Part shown: positions 1-9,269 of the stretch, in pieces
Numbering within the stretch: the stretch's first letter is position 1
Layout of the letters: the number at the start of each line of letters is the position of its first letter
Source: Collinsella sp.
GTDB taxonomy: Bacteria > Actinomycetota > Coriobacteriia > Coriobacteriales > Coriobacteriaceae
DNA: 56,968 nt
Reading direction: 5' to 3'
Assembly: GCA_019419485.1 (NCBI GenBank)
Contig: DXZV01000001.1
Location: forward strand, 2,103-59,070
Program-made: the position numbers and the translations under genes
Notes under the pieces: model-generated
Databases searched by the model: none
What the model was told of the DNA's origin: nothing
The model's input: only the letters and a program-made list of their open reading frames with translations

Positions 1-5
1 CACCC

Positions 6-175
6 CGCCCGCCACGAAACCTGCCCATCTACTACGTTTAGGCCGCCATCCTCAACCACAGCGAACAACGCAAAAAGAAAACCGCAGGTAGAAAGCCTGC
101 GGTTTTTCATAAAACGCGGTTGTGCTTGGGGGTGTCGGGCTAAACGTAGTAGATGGGCCAGTTTCGTGGCGAGCG
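6..175. repeat. 170-bp imperfect palindrome (MITE/REP-like), 36-bp arms
   Basis: Arm 6-41 matches the reverse complement of 140-175 at 33/36; central hairpin aaaaccgcagg-tagaaag-cctgcggtttt at 78-106. Confidence 0.85.
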
Positions 176-265
176 CCGTCAACTGATTCCCTGGGGACGT
201 CTGGGGACGGAAGAAAACGGATCAATTGACTCTCTGAGGGCTGCGATGCCCGTCATTATTAGTCG

Positions 266-433
266 GCCATTCCAAAACTACGCCGGCTTACGGGGATAAA
301 TCGCGAATCCCCAACCATACGCAATTCCAAAATAGTAAAACTGCAGGTAAACGGCTTGCTCTATTTCGAAAAAAGCCGGTATGGTCTGCCTGTGCCAATC
401 TAGCCCCGTAAACCGGCATAGTTTTGAAATGGC
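266..433. repeat. 168-bp imperfect palindrome, 30-bp arms
   Basis: gccattccaaaactacgccggcttacgggg (266-295) matches the reverse complement of 404-433 at 27/30; gcaggtaa lies at the centre. Confidence 0.85.
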
Positions 434-472
434 ACTTCGGCAGTATTGATTCCCGCCCCGGCGCAACCAGCC

Positions 473-1186
473 CTAAAGCCCGTATTTCACGACGACGCGG
501 TTGATGCGGCGACACCAGGGCTTGTACAGAGCGGCCAAGAACACGCAGGTCGCGAGGCCATGCGTGATGTCGAACGGCACCGCCGTAGCAAGACGCGCTA
601 TGGCGCCCGCCCACGTGAGCGGTTGAACAAAACCGATGATGTCATACGCGTTGATCACAACGCCGTAGAGCAAGCCCGAGGCAAAGCCGTACGCCATCAG
701 CGCCGGCATGCGCACGGTTCCATCCGCACGGTCGAACGCGCCCGCATGCGCCAGCGCGCCGCCAACATAGCCAACCAGACCCCAGGCATACATCTGCCAC
801 GGCGTCCACATGCCCTGTCCAAAAAAGAAATTGCTGGTCAGCGCCGCCAGCGCGCCAACCATAAAACCATTGCGGCGACCAAGCGTCGCCCCCGCGATAA
901 TGGCGATGGCGCTCACCGGTTTAAAGTCGGGAATGGGGCCAAACAAGATGCGCCCCGCCGCGGCCAACGCCGCCAACACCAGCGTGGGCATAATCTGGCG
1001 CAGGCCCGGGCGCGACACCTCGTAACCCGCAAAGAACAGCGCAAGCACCAGCGCCACCACGACAAGCATGGCCAACGCTGCCTGCTCAACGCCCGCCAGC
1101 AACGCCGCAGTCATCACTGCCGGCACCGCCAGGAGCAGCGGGATCTCCAGTTTTGCAAGCAAGCGCGAGAAACGACAGTCCGTCAT
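473..1186 (-). CDS. ECF transporter S component (CbrT-like; possibly cobalamin)
   Basis: Multi-TM protein with IPDFKPVSAIAIIAG...SNFFFGQGMWTPWQMYAWG; start set at MTDCRF, just after the ATPase stop; substrate inferred. Confidence 0.8.
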   Translation of the reverse strand: MTDCRFSRLLAKLEIPLLLAVPAVMTAALLAGVEQAALAMLVVVALVLALFFAGYEVSRPGLRQIMPTLVLAALAAAGRILFGPIPDFKPVSAIAIIAGATLGRRNGFMVGALAALTSNFFFGQGMWTPWQMYAWGLVGYVGGALAHAGAFDRADGTVRMPALMAYGFASGLLYGVVINAYDIIGFVQPLTWAGAIARLATAVPFDITHGLATCVFLAALYKPWCRRINRVVVKYGL

Positions 1187-1190
1187 CCCA

Positions 1191-2834
1191 TCATGCCCTA
1201 TAGAACACGTTGTCGGCAAAGAAGTCGGCCGGGGGCTCCATGCAGGCAATCTCGCCGTCAAACATCATGGCGACGTCGTCGGACACCTGCTCGGCAAAGT
1301 CTAAGTCGTGCGTGGCCATGATGACGGTACCGCCGGCATTCGCATGGTCACGCAGGGCGCGGTCGATGATGCGGCGGCTCTCCAGGTCCAAGCCCTTCGT
1401 GGGCTCGTCAAGCAGCAGCAGCTCGGGGCCAATCAGCAGCAGCTTTGCCAGCGCGAGCAGCTGGCGCTGTCCGCCCGAGAGGTCGTAGGGGTGGCGCGTC
1501 TCCAGGCCGTCCAATCCCAGTTGCGCCGCACGCTCCCGCGCCAAGTTCTCGTCATATCCGCAGGTCGAGGCCCATTCCATCAGCTCATCGCGAACCGTCT
1601 CGGCGACCAGCAGGGCCTTGGGATTCTGAGGCAGCAGCGCCGCCGAAGCCGCTCCGCGCACCATGCGGCCGCGCTGCAGCTTGGCAGTCTTGGCCAGCAC
1701 CGAGAGCATCGTCGACTTGCCGCAGCCGTTTCCGCCCACGACCGCATGCACCGCGCCGGCTGAAAACGTCACATCGAGCCCGCGCAGCACCCAACCGCCA
1801 ACGCGATCGTAGCGAAACCAGCCTTCCGACAGGGTGGTAGCCGACCCGCCGTGCATTTTTTGGAGTATTCTGCCTCCATCCGTGCGCGGGAAGGCTTCCG
1901 AGCCGTTCTCGAGCGACGTTTGCTCCACAAATTCGGACGATTTGTCCAATTCCGATCTTTTTTTCGCGCTCGATACGTCCCCGGGCGGCTCCAGAGAGCC
2001 CAAATTGTCCTCACGCCTGCTGAATACTCCGTTTTTTGCACATCGGATGGCACCCCACCCCAACATGTCATCGGAAAACAGCGATTCTCGGCGTCCCAAA
2101 GAAGCCATATCCGCCACTTCGCGCACGCGACCGCCCTCAATCCGGTACGCACACGTCGCATACTCGAGCATCGGCCGCGGTTGATGCGTAGCCACAACAA
2201 CCGTGCAGCCCAGCTCACGGTTCACGCGAAACAGCGCGTGCAGAAAATTCTTCTCGGCAACGGGATCGAGCTGAGACGTGGGCTCGTCGAGTAGCAGCAC
2301 ACGCGGACGCAGCGCCAGGACGGCGGCAAGCGACAGCAGCTGTTTGCGGCCACCCGAAAGCGTATCGGTATCGCGATGAAGCCAGTCCTCCAGACCAAAG
2401 AAATAGCTGGTCTCGGCAACACGGCGGCGCATCTCGTCGCGCGACATGCCTAAGTTTTCCAGGCCAAACGCCATCTCGTGCCACACGGTCTCGCACACAA
2501 TCTGGTTCTCGGGATCCTGAAACACGTAGCCCACGCGCTCCGCAGACGCGCGCACGTCCATGTCGGCAACGTTCTCGCCCAGCACGCGCGCATCGCCAGT
2601 GCACTCGCCCGCCGGAGCGATCTCGGGCTTGAGCAACGACAGCAGCGTCGACTTACCCGATCCGGTACCGCCAACAAGCAGCGCAAACGCACCTTGGGGA
2701 ACAGACCAGTCGAGCCCCTCGAGCACCGCAGCATCGGCCCCGGGGTAGGCAAAGCTCAGGCTCCGCACCTCAATCGCCGGCATATCCGGGTCGCACGCCG
2801 CGCCCGACGCCGGGCCACTATCCAACCGAGCCAT
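1191..2834 (-). CDS. ECF transporter ATPase with two fused nucleotide-binding domains
   Basis: Two Walker A motifs (GGTGSGKST, GGNGCGKST), two LSGG signatures, two LLLDEPT, and the VFQDPENQI Q-loop. Confidence 0.92.
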   Translation of the reverse strand: MARLDSGPASGAACDPDMPAIEVRSLSFAYPGADAAVLEGLDWSVPQGAFALLVGGTGSGKSTLLSLLKPEIAPAGECTGDARVLGENVADMDVRASAERVGYVFQDPENQIVCETVWHEMAFGLENLGMSRDEMRRRVAETSYFFGLEDWLHRDTDTLSGGRKQLLSLAAVLALRPRVLLLDEPTSQLDPVAEKNFLHALFRVNRELGCTVVVATHQPRPMLEYATCAYRIEGGRVREVADMASLGRRESLFSDDMLGWGAIRCAKNGVFSRREDNLGSLEPPGDVSSAKKRSELDKSSEFVEQTSLENGSEAFPRTDGGRILQKMHGGSATTLSEGWFRYDRVGGWVLRGLDVTFSAGAVHAVVGGNGCGKSTMLSVLAKTAKLQRGRMVRGAASAALLPQNPKALLVAETVRDELMEWASTCGYDENLARERAAQLGLDGLETRHPYDLSGGQRQLLALAKLLLIGPELLLLDEPTKGLDLESRRIIDRALRDHANAGGTVIMATHDLDFAEQVSDDVAMMFDGEIACMEPPADFFADNVFYRA

Positions 2835-3712
2835 CAGCCGAACCTCTTCTCATCGATCGCATGCAGCACGCAGGGCAGCACCATCCAGGCAGCGTACAAG
2901 ACATAGCCCAGCCACGGCGCGGGCACCGAAAGCTGCGGGTAAAACGAATACTGCGTTGTCGCGGTCCATGCCACCGCCACCGCGGCGACACCAAACACTG
3001 CAAGTCCAACCAGCGCGGCAACGTCGCCGCGCCTCAGCCGATACCGCGCATACGTCGTACGGCGCGGCGCAGCACCCCACCCGCGCGAACGCATGGCGTC
3101 GGCGCGCTCAAGCGAATCTTCCATGCCCCAGCCCATCAGCACACTCGAGGCCCGCAAGCGCGAGCGCACGGGGTCGGCCGGAGCGCGCCCCGGAACGTCG
3201 ATCGCATCCTGTACCGCCAGCACCGTGCGGCCGCGGCGCAAAAACTGCGGGATAAGCCGCATGCACATCGAGATCATGAGCGCGAGCACCGGCGCGGCGT
3301 TGCCCAGCAGCGCGAGCACCTTGTCGTATTCGAGCATCGACGCCGCAGCCTCAAACCACAGCACGCTCGCCACAAACAGCCCGCCCATACACAGGCCGTA
3401 TACCATGCTCTCCAGATACACCGCGCGCATGCCGATGCGGAACACCTCCGTCGAGCCCGAGGCGCTAAACAGCGGATTCACCAGCGCGATAATCAAAATC
3501 ACCGGCAGCTGCCAGCGAAGCGCGTTCAGCGTGCGAGCGGCCCCGCGGGTCGCAAAGCCGTATGCCAGCCCGCCTGCGAGCGACAGCGCGATCAGCACCG
3601 GTTGCATCGAGAACATGGTGAGCCCCAGCGTTAGCGCCATGTAGAGCGTAGGCACCGCCGGGTGCGACATCGAAAATGCCGCGACGGGCTCGATGTCCGA
3701 CCTCTCTCGCAT
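2834..3712 (-). CDS. ECF transporter T component (EcfT/CbiQ family)
   Basis: TM helices, MRLIPQF and ERADAMRSRGW motifs; start approximate (MRERSD). Confidence 0.85.
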   Translation of the reverse strand: MRERSDIEPVAAFSMSHPAVPTLYMALTLGLTMFSMQPVLIALSLAGGLAYGFATRGAARTLNALRWQLPVILIIALVNPLFSASGSTEVFRIGMRAVYLESMVYGLCMGGLFVASVLWFEAAASMLEYDKVLALLGNAAPVLALMISMCMRLIPQFLRRGRTVLAVQDAIDVPGRAPADPVRSRLRASSVLMGWGMEDSLERADAMRSRGWGAAPRRTTYARYRLRRGDVAALVGLAVFGVAAVAVAWTATTQYSFYPQLSVPAPWLGYVLYAAWMVLPCVLHAIDEKRFG

Positions 3713-3915
3713 ATTGTCCACGGGCACCCGCCCTCTCACCCAAATACCAATGCCGCAGTGCCGCAAACACCGCACAAGCAGCGCAACCGCCGCGCCGGAA
3801 CCACAAACCCAGCCGCCGCGGCCCAAACGTTACGCGCTCATCATATGCCTGCGGTATCATATTGCGCCGTGTATCGTTTCCAAACACACGTCTCTATAAC
3901 GTAACAGGAGATCAC

Positions 3916-5328
3916 ATGGACGCAACCGCAATTATCCTCGCTGCCGGCGAGGGCACCCGCATGAAGTCGAACCACTGCAAGGTTTCGCACAAGATCCTGG
4001 GTAAGCCCATGGTCCAGTGGATCGTCGACGCCACCATCAAGGCCGGCTGCAGCCGCGTCGTGGTCGTCATCGGCAGCCACGCCGACGAGATGCGCGCCCT
4101 TATCGACGGCGCCTACGCCAGCAGCGCCACCAAGGTCGAGTGCGTCGAGCAGACCGAGCGCCTGGGCACCGGTCACGCCGTGAAGGTCGCGCTCGAGACC
4201 TGCGGCATCGCCGAGGGTCCGGTCGTCGTGCTCAACGGTGACCTGCCGCTCATCACTGCCGACACCGTCGCCAAGTTCGCGCAGACCGTCGCTACCGGCG
4301 AGCTCACCTGCACCGTCATGACCATGACCCCGCCCGATCCCTTTGGCTACGGCCGCATCAAGCTGGGCGCCGACGGTCAGATCGAGCGCATCATCGAGCA
4401 GAAGGACTGCACGCCCGAGCAGGCCGCCACGCTGCTCGAGTGCAACGCCGGCTGCTACGCCTTCGACGGCGCACAGCTCGCCGCCCACATCAACGAGATC
4501 GGCAACGACAACGCGCAGTCCGAGTACTACCTGCCCGACATGCTCGAAATCCTCAAGGGTCACGGCCAGGCAGTCTCTATCTTCCACTGCGACGACTACC
4601 GCGACGGCCTGGGCGTCAACAGCCGTATCCAGCTCGCGCAGCTTACCGCCATCGCGCGCGACCGCATCAACGAGCACTGGATGGCAGAGGGCGTCACGTT
4701 CATCGACCCCACGCAGGCTTGGATCGGCCCCGACGCCACCATCGGCCGCGACACCGTCGTGTGGCCGCAGACGCACCTGATCGGCCACGTCACCGTGGGC
4801 GAGGAGTGCCAGCTCGGCCCCAACAGCCGTCTCACCGACACCACCGTCGGCAGCGGCTGCACCATCGATGAGACCATCGCCATCGAGGCCGTCATCGAGA
4901 ACGGCGTCGACTGCGGCCCGCGCGCCTACCTGCGCCCGGGCACCCACATGCTCGACGGATCCAAGGCCGGCACGCACGTGGAGATCAAGAAGTCCACGAT
5001 CGGCGAGGGCTCCAAGGTGCCGCACCTGTCCTACATCGGCGACACCACCATGGGCTCCGGCGTCAACGTGGGCGCGGGCTCCATCACCTGCAACTACGAC
5101 GGCGTCCACAAGCACAAGACCGTCATCGGCAAGGATGCCTTCATCGGTTCCGACACCATGATGGTCGCACCCGCTCAGATCGGCGACGGCGCACTCGTTG
5201 CCGCCGGCTCCGTCATCACCGAGCCGGTCCCGGCAGACGCGCTCGGCCTGGGTCGTGCCCGTCAGGTAAATATTGAGGGCTGGGCCGCCGATTACCGCCG
5301 CCGCCTGCACGAGGGCGACGAGGTATAA
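3916..5328 (+). CDS. glmU: Bifunctional UDP-GlcNAc pyrophosphorylase / glucosamine-1-phosphate acetyltransferase
   Basis: IILAAGEGTRMKS, EQTERLGTGHAV, EYYLPD, hexapeptide repeats, HLSYIGD, ITCNYDG; aggag RBS before ATG 3916. Confidence 0.97.
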   Translation: MDATAIILAAGEGTRMKSNHCKVSHKILGKPMVQWIVDATIKAGCSRVVVVIGSHADEMRALIDGAYASSATKVECVEQTERLGTGHAVKVALETCGIAEGPVVVLNGDLPLITADTVAKFAQTVATGELTCTVMTMTPPDPFGYGRIKLGADGQIERIIEQKDCTPEQAATLLECNAGCYAFDGAQLAAHINEIGNDNAQSEYYLPDMLEILKGHGQAVSIFHCDDYRDGLGVNSRIQLAQLTAIARDRINEHWMAEGVTFIDPTQAWIGPDATIGRDTVVWPQTHLIGHVTVGEECQLGPNSRLTDTTVGSGCTIDETIAIEAVIENGVDCGPRAYLRPGTHMLDGSKAGTHVEIKKSTIGEGSKVPHLSYIGDTTMGSGVNVGAGSITCNYDGVHKHKTVIGKDAFIGSDTMMVAPAQIGDGALVAAGSVITEPVPADALGLGRARQVNIEGWAADYRRRLHEGDEV

Positions 5329-5345
5329 CGTTTTACCAAGCATCT

Positions 5346-5378
5346 AAGGAGCTGTTCCCATGGGGGCGGCTCCTTTTT
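5346..5378 (+). terminator. Intrinsic terminator after glmU
   Basis: aaggagctgttccc/ggggcggctcctt stem followed by a T run. Confidence 0.7.
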
Positions 5379-5521
5379 CTATCGTGACCTGCGCAACCGG
5401 ATGAGTGGTCGGTTCGTGTCCGTTGGCGGTAAAGACGTTATCAGGACCCGATAAACCCCGCCGCGCGGTTACAATGCAACAAGGCATCTATATGGCATTC
5501 GATGTATAAAGGAGAAGGGTA

Positions 5522-6508
5522 ATGCCGATTAATGATCCCGAGAAGTCGGAGAATATGCGCAAGTCCATCCGCGTGTATTCCGGTTCCTCCAACCGTCCCC
5601 TCGCTCAGAAGATTGCTGAGTACCTTGGGGTCGAGCTTTCGGGCCTTACGCTAAAGCAGTTCGCCAATGGTGAGATTTACGCCCGCTACGACGAGACCGT
5701 CCGCGGCGCCGACGTCTTCCTGATTCAGTCCGTGGCCGGCGGCAACGTCAACGACATGCTCATGGAGCTGCTCATCGCCACCGACGCTGCCAAGCGCGCA
5801 TCCGCCCGCTCCATCACCGCCGTTATCACCCACTACGGCTATGCCCGCCAGGACCGCAAGGCCGGCCCGCGCGAGCCCATCACCGCCCGCCTCGTCGCCA
5901 ACCTGCTCGAGCGCGCCGGCGTCAACCGCATCATCACCCTCGACCTGCACCAGGGCCAGATCCAGGGCTTCTTCGATATCCCGGTTAACCACCTGTCCGC
6001 ACTGCCGCTGTTTGGCCAGTACTACAACGACATGCACTTCGACACCGACAACCTGGTTGTCGTCTCCCCCGACGTGGGTCGCGCCAAGGCCGCCAAGAAG
6101 CTGTCCGACATGCTCGGCTGCGACCTGGCCATCGCCCACAAGGGCCGTCCGCGCCACAACGCCGCCGAGGTCATGGGCATCATCGGTGACATCAAGGGCA
6201 AGACCTGCATCATCAACGACGACATGATCGACACCGCTGGCACCCTGTGCGCCAACGTCAAGGAGCTCAAGGCTATGGGCGCCGGCGACATCTACGTCTG
6301 CGCCACCCACGGCATCTTCTCCGGTCCGGCCATCGAGCGCCTGAACGATGCCCCCATCGTCGAGTGCGTCGTCACCGACGCCATCCCCGTCGAGGTCGGC
6401 GGCAAGATCAAGACCATCTCGGTCGCCGAGGAGTTCGCTCAGGCCATCTCCGCCGTTTACCACGAGGAGCCCGTCTCCACGCTCGTCGGCGGCGACTTCG
6501 CGCTGTAG
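5522..6508 (+). CDS. prs: Ribose-phosphate pyrophosphokinase
   Basis: FANGEI, YARQDRK, LDLHQGQIQGFF, VVSPDVG, DDMIDTAGTL. Confidence 0.97.
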   Translation: MPINDPEKSENMRKSIRVYSGSSNRPLAQKIAEYLGVELSGLTLKQFANGEIYARYDETVRGADVFLIQSVAGGNVNDMLMELLIATDAAKRASARSITAVITHYGYARQDRKAGPREPITARLVANLLERAGVNRIITLDLHQGQIQGFFDIPVNHLSALPLFGQYYNDMHFDTDNLVVVSPDVGRAKAAKKLSDMLGCDLAIAHKGRPRHNAAEVMGIIGDIKGKTCIINDDMIDTAGTLCANVKELKAMGAGDIYVCATHGIFSGPAIERLNDAPIVECVVTDAIPVEVGGKIKTISVAEEFAQAISAVYHEEPVSTLVGGDFAL

Positions 6509-6541
6509 TCCAACGCGTATCGCATCATCTTTGATGTTTTT

Positions 6542-6573
6542 AAAGGGTCGGAAGCTCGCTTCCGACCCTTTTT
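6542..6573 (+). terminator. Intrinsic terminator after prs
   Basis: aaagggtcggaagc-tc-gcttccgaccctttt. Confidence 0.8.
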
Positions 6574-6593
6574 CTATTCCTCGCCAATCCGCC

Positions 6594-6798
6594 CTGGACA
6601 GTTAGTTCAGATACGTATTTTCTAAAGCTCCAAAGGTCCGTTCGGAGCCTTCTGAGCTCCCCGGCGGATGCCATGCCGCCCGAAGCTCATCGTTTTCGAG
6701 TACAACCGCCGCATATATTATCTTCAAATCGCCCTCGAAGGCCCTTAGAAACACCTCGAACGCCCGCCGCCTTATACGTATCTGAACTAACTGTCCAG
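6594..6798. repeat. 205-bp element with perfect 25-bp terminal inverted repeats (copy A)
   Basis: ctggacagttagttcagatacgtat (6594-6618) is the exact reverse complement of 6774-6798. Confidence 0.92.
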
Positions 6799-6960
6799 TA
6801 GCCATCGTAAACCTTCTCGGCAGAGCTCAATTTCCTGCAATCCCCTCAACCGATTCCACCGATTTCCTAACACCCGGCCGTTCATGGCGCCCAGCACCCC
6901 GCTGAGCGAAAAGAACGGTATGGCGGTCGCATTCTGCCGCCAACTTAGTACGTTATAGCT

Positions 6961-8088
6961 ATGACGACCGTGATTTCACATTTCTCCGCCCTCCGCGCAA
7001 TTCGTCGCGCACGACGGGCGTACTCTGCCCTACCCTGGAGCTCCATTGATAGTGAACAGCAAGCACAGGCCTTGGCTAGCTGCATTCCCAATAATGACGC
7101 GATAGACTTTGGCGCACTTTCGATACTCGACGCCTGGAATGAAGATGATTCCGAGCTGCTCGATCTTCTCGTTTCAAACGAAGGCAACCGACGCCCCGAC
7201 AAGCGACTTCTTCAGCATATTCTCTCCGCTCCGCTTCCTGAAGGTGCAATTATGCACGTCGAGGCCGACATCTACGCAACGTCTCCTGCCATGACAGCCA
7301 TGCTTTGTTCTAAAAATGAATCAGTCGCCAAAACCTTGATGCTTCTCATGGAACTGGTCGGAACTTACTCCCTTCCTCCCGGGGCAACATACCCCATTGC
7401 CCATGACGACATCTGGCCCAAGGGCGATGGCTACGAAGCGACGGGCGATCTTGATTGCCTGGGCAACCAGTCAGCGGCCGAACAACAGAACGAAACCCGC
7501 TATGAACAGGCGCACTACAAATGCGAGCCCGCCACGACCATCGAAGAGCTCGAGGCGGTCGCACGGTTCGCCAAAAGTAGCTCATACGCCTCGTTTCGCA
7601 CGGCAGTCAAACTCGCCCGGGCTGGATCCGCATCCCCAGCCGAATCCCTAATGTTTGCCGTTCTCGGAGCGCCCATGCGCTTTGGCGGATTCGGATGTTG
7701 CAGCCTGCCCATGGGAGGCCTGCTACTCAACCATCGAATCGACTTCGATACTCTTGCGGCCAACATGTCCTCGGGCATCCCCTATGCCATCTGCGACCTA
7801 TATTGCCCGGCAGCCGGAGTCGACAACGAATACAACGGAATTGGGCATGAGCTTCAAAACGCTCGCATCCACGATGGCAATCGAAATAATGGCCTCAAGG
7901 CCATGGGCATCCACGTCCTGGTTATCAATCGCGACCAAATGAAAGACCTTGTTGCACTCGAAGCCTTCGCCCAAACGATGCATCGACTCGCAGGAGTCCG
8001 ATTCCGGTACCGTATCAAGGGCTATCGCAAGCGTCAGGCCGCTTGGCTCAACGCTCTGCGGGCCGGAACCGGCCTCGCGCCGGTCTAA
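6961..8088 (+). CDS. Hypothetical protein with C-terminal Vsr/DUF559-like endonuclease domain (AbiEi-related architecture)
   Basis: SASPAES...GGFG...NHRI...CDLY...EYNGIGH...RIHDGNRNNGLKAMGIHVLVINRDQ fits the D-L-x-E-x-(D/N)-G-x2-H...D-x2-R pattern; codon usage visibly less GC-rich than neighbours. Confidence 0.7.
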   Translation: MTTVISHFSALRAIRRARRAYSALPWSSIDSEQQAQALASCIPNNDAIDFGALSILDAWNEDDSELLDLLVSNEGNRRPDKRLLQHILSAPLPEGAIMHVEADIYATSPAMTAMLCSKNESVAKTLMLLMELVGTYSLPPGATYPIAHDDIWPKGDGYEATGDLDCLGNQSAAEQQNETRYEQAHYKCEPATTIEELEAVARFAKSSSYASFRTAVKLARAGSASPAESLMFAVLGAPMRFGGFGCCSLPMGGLLLNHRIDFDTLAANMSSGIPYAICDLYCPAAGVDNEYNGIGHELQNARIHDGNRNNGLKAMGIHVLVINRDQMKDLVALEAFAQTMHRLAGVRFRYRIKGYRKRQAAWLNALRAGTGLAPV

Positions 8089-8120
8089 ACGGCGAATCAC
8101 CCGTGCGCCGTCGAGCAGGG

Positions 8121-8326
8121 CTGGGCAGTTAGTTCAAATACGTATAAATGGACGCATTGAATTAGACTGTTTTGCAGCTATCTCTATACCATTCGCCCTA
8201 TTTGAAGGCAGGGTAGACTTCAAAACAGCGCCATATGGACTAACTAAAGCTCCAAAACAACGTATCGGCATTGAATTGAGTAATTCGAGTCCTCAGAACT
8301 TATACGTATCTGAACTAACTGTCCAC
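8121..8326. repeat. 206-bp element with the same 25-bp terminal inverted repeats (copy B)
   Basis: ctgggcagttagttcaaatacgtat (8121-8145) and atacgtatctgaactaactgtccac (8302-8326); interior unrelated to copy A. Confidence 0.9.
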
Positions 8327-8380
8327 CTCGGATTTCGACGTCCGTCCAAACGCCCCCAAACGCCCTCAATTACCCTCCAT

Positions 8381-8409
8381 TTGACAGCGGCAACAGGGTC
8401 GCTCACCAT
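8381..8409 (+). promoter_or_regulatory. Candidate sigma-70-type promoter for pth
   Basis: TTGACA-17 bp-CACCAT about 30 nt upstream of the start. Confidence 0.5.
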
Positions 8410-8439
8410 AGCAGGCGACAAATCAACGAAAGGATGAAC

Positions 8440-9069
8440 ATGGCAGCTGCACAGCCGCTTAAGATTCGCATGGTTGCCGGACTCGGCAACCCGGGTGAGG
8501 AATATGCCGAGACCCGCCACAACGCCGGCTTTAAGGCGATCGATGAGCTGGCCCGTCAGGCCGGCGTCACGTACTGGAAAAACCAGGCCGGCGCCGAGGT
8601 CGCGCTCATCAATATCAACGATGCCGAGGAAGAGGGCGGCAAGCGCCAGATTGCGCTGGTCAAGCCGCAGTCATACATGAACACCTCGGGCGGCCCCATC
8701 TCCAAGCTCTGCCGCGAGTACAAAATCAAGGCCGAGGAGCTGCTCGTAATCCACGACGAGCTCGATATTCCCGCCGGCGATGTGCGTGTTAAGGTGGGCG
8801 GCGGCCACGCCGGCCACAACGGCCTGCGCTCCATCATCGACAAGATGGGCAGCCGCGACTTCAGCCGCATCCGCACCGGTATCGGCAACCCTCCCGGCAA
8901 GATGGCTGTCGCCGACTACGTGCTCAAGCAGCTGCGCGCCCGCGAGGCCGAGGACTTCCAGGACACCTGCGCCCGCGCCGCAGACGCCGCCGGCCTGGCA
9001 ATCGTGCACGGCGTGATCTATGCCCGCGACCACGTCAACGGCTCCGCCTCCGCCAACGGCAAGCACTAA
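8440..9069 (+). CDS. pth: Peptidyl-tRNA hydrolase
   Basis: AGLGNPGEEYAETRHNAGF, KPQSYMNTSG, HDELD, GGHAGHNGLRS. Confidence 0.96.
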   Translation: MAAAQPLKIRMVAGLGNPGEEYAETRHNAGFKAIDELARQAGVTYWKNQAGAEVALININDAEEEGGKRQIALVKPQSYMNTSGGPISKLCREYKIKAEELLVIHDELDIPAGDVRVKVGGGHAGHNGLRSIIDKMGSRDFSRIRTGIGNPPGKMAVADYVLKQLRAREAEDFQDTCARAADAAGLAIVHGVIYARDHVNGSASANGKH

Positions 9070-9269
9070 AACCTACCATTTAGGGACAGGTTTATTTCGG
9101 CAGGTTTTATCTGCGTAAACGCCGCAGTCGGCACATCGCAATAAACACGCTGCCACCATACATGCATAACGCCCCAAAGGGGGCCGGCCTCACCGATGCG
9201 CGAGGCCGGCCCCCTTTGCCGTTTTGCCTGATAAAACCTGCCAAAATAAACCTCTCCCCCTTTGGTAGG
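9068..9269. repeat. Inverted pair of GGGACAGG REP-like units enclosing a terminator-like hairpin
   Basis: 9072-9111 is approximately the reverse complement of 9230-9269; a third copy lies at 20609-20651; GC hairpin at 9175-9218. Confidence 0.8.

Noticed and set aside
3713..3915. Cobalamin riboswitch upstream of the ECF operon
   Set aside because: No B12-box or other conserved elements recognisable, and the space is short and shared with the glmU promoter.
3841..5343. Long antisense ORFs (also 20661-22412, 26117-27772, 43970-45928, 51279-52802 and others)
   Set aside because: Shadow frames of high-GC3 genes, with no recognisable motifs or RBS.
6602..6805. Small ORFs over the repeats (6602-6805, 7949-8437, 15878-16240, 45956-46174) that share peptide stretches such as GQLVQIRI or LRGFTKPRN
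   Set aside because: The similarity comes from the repeated DNA; no independent coding evidence.
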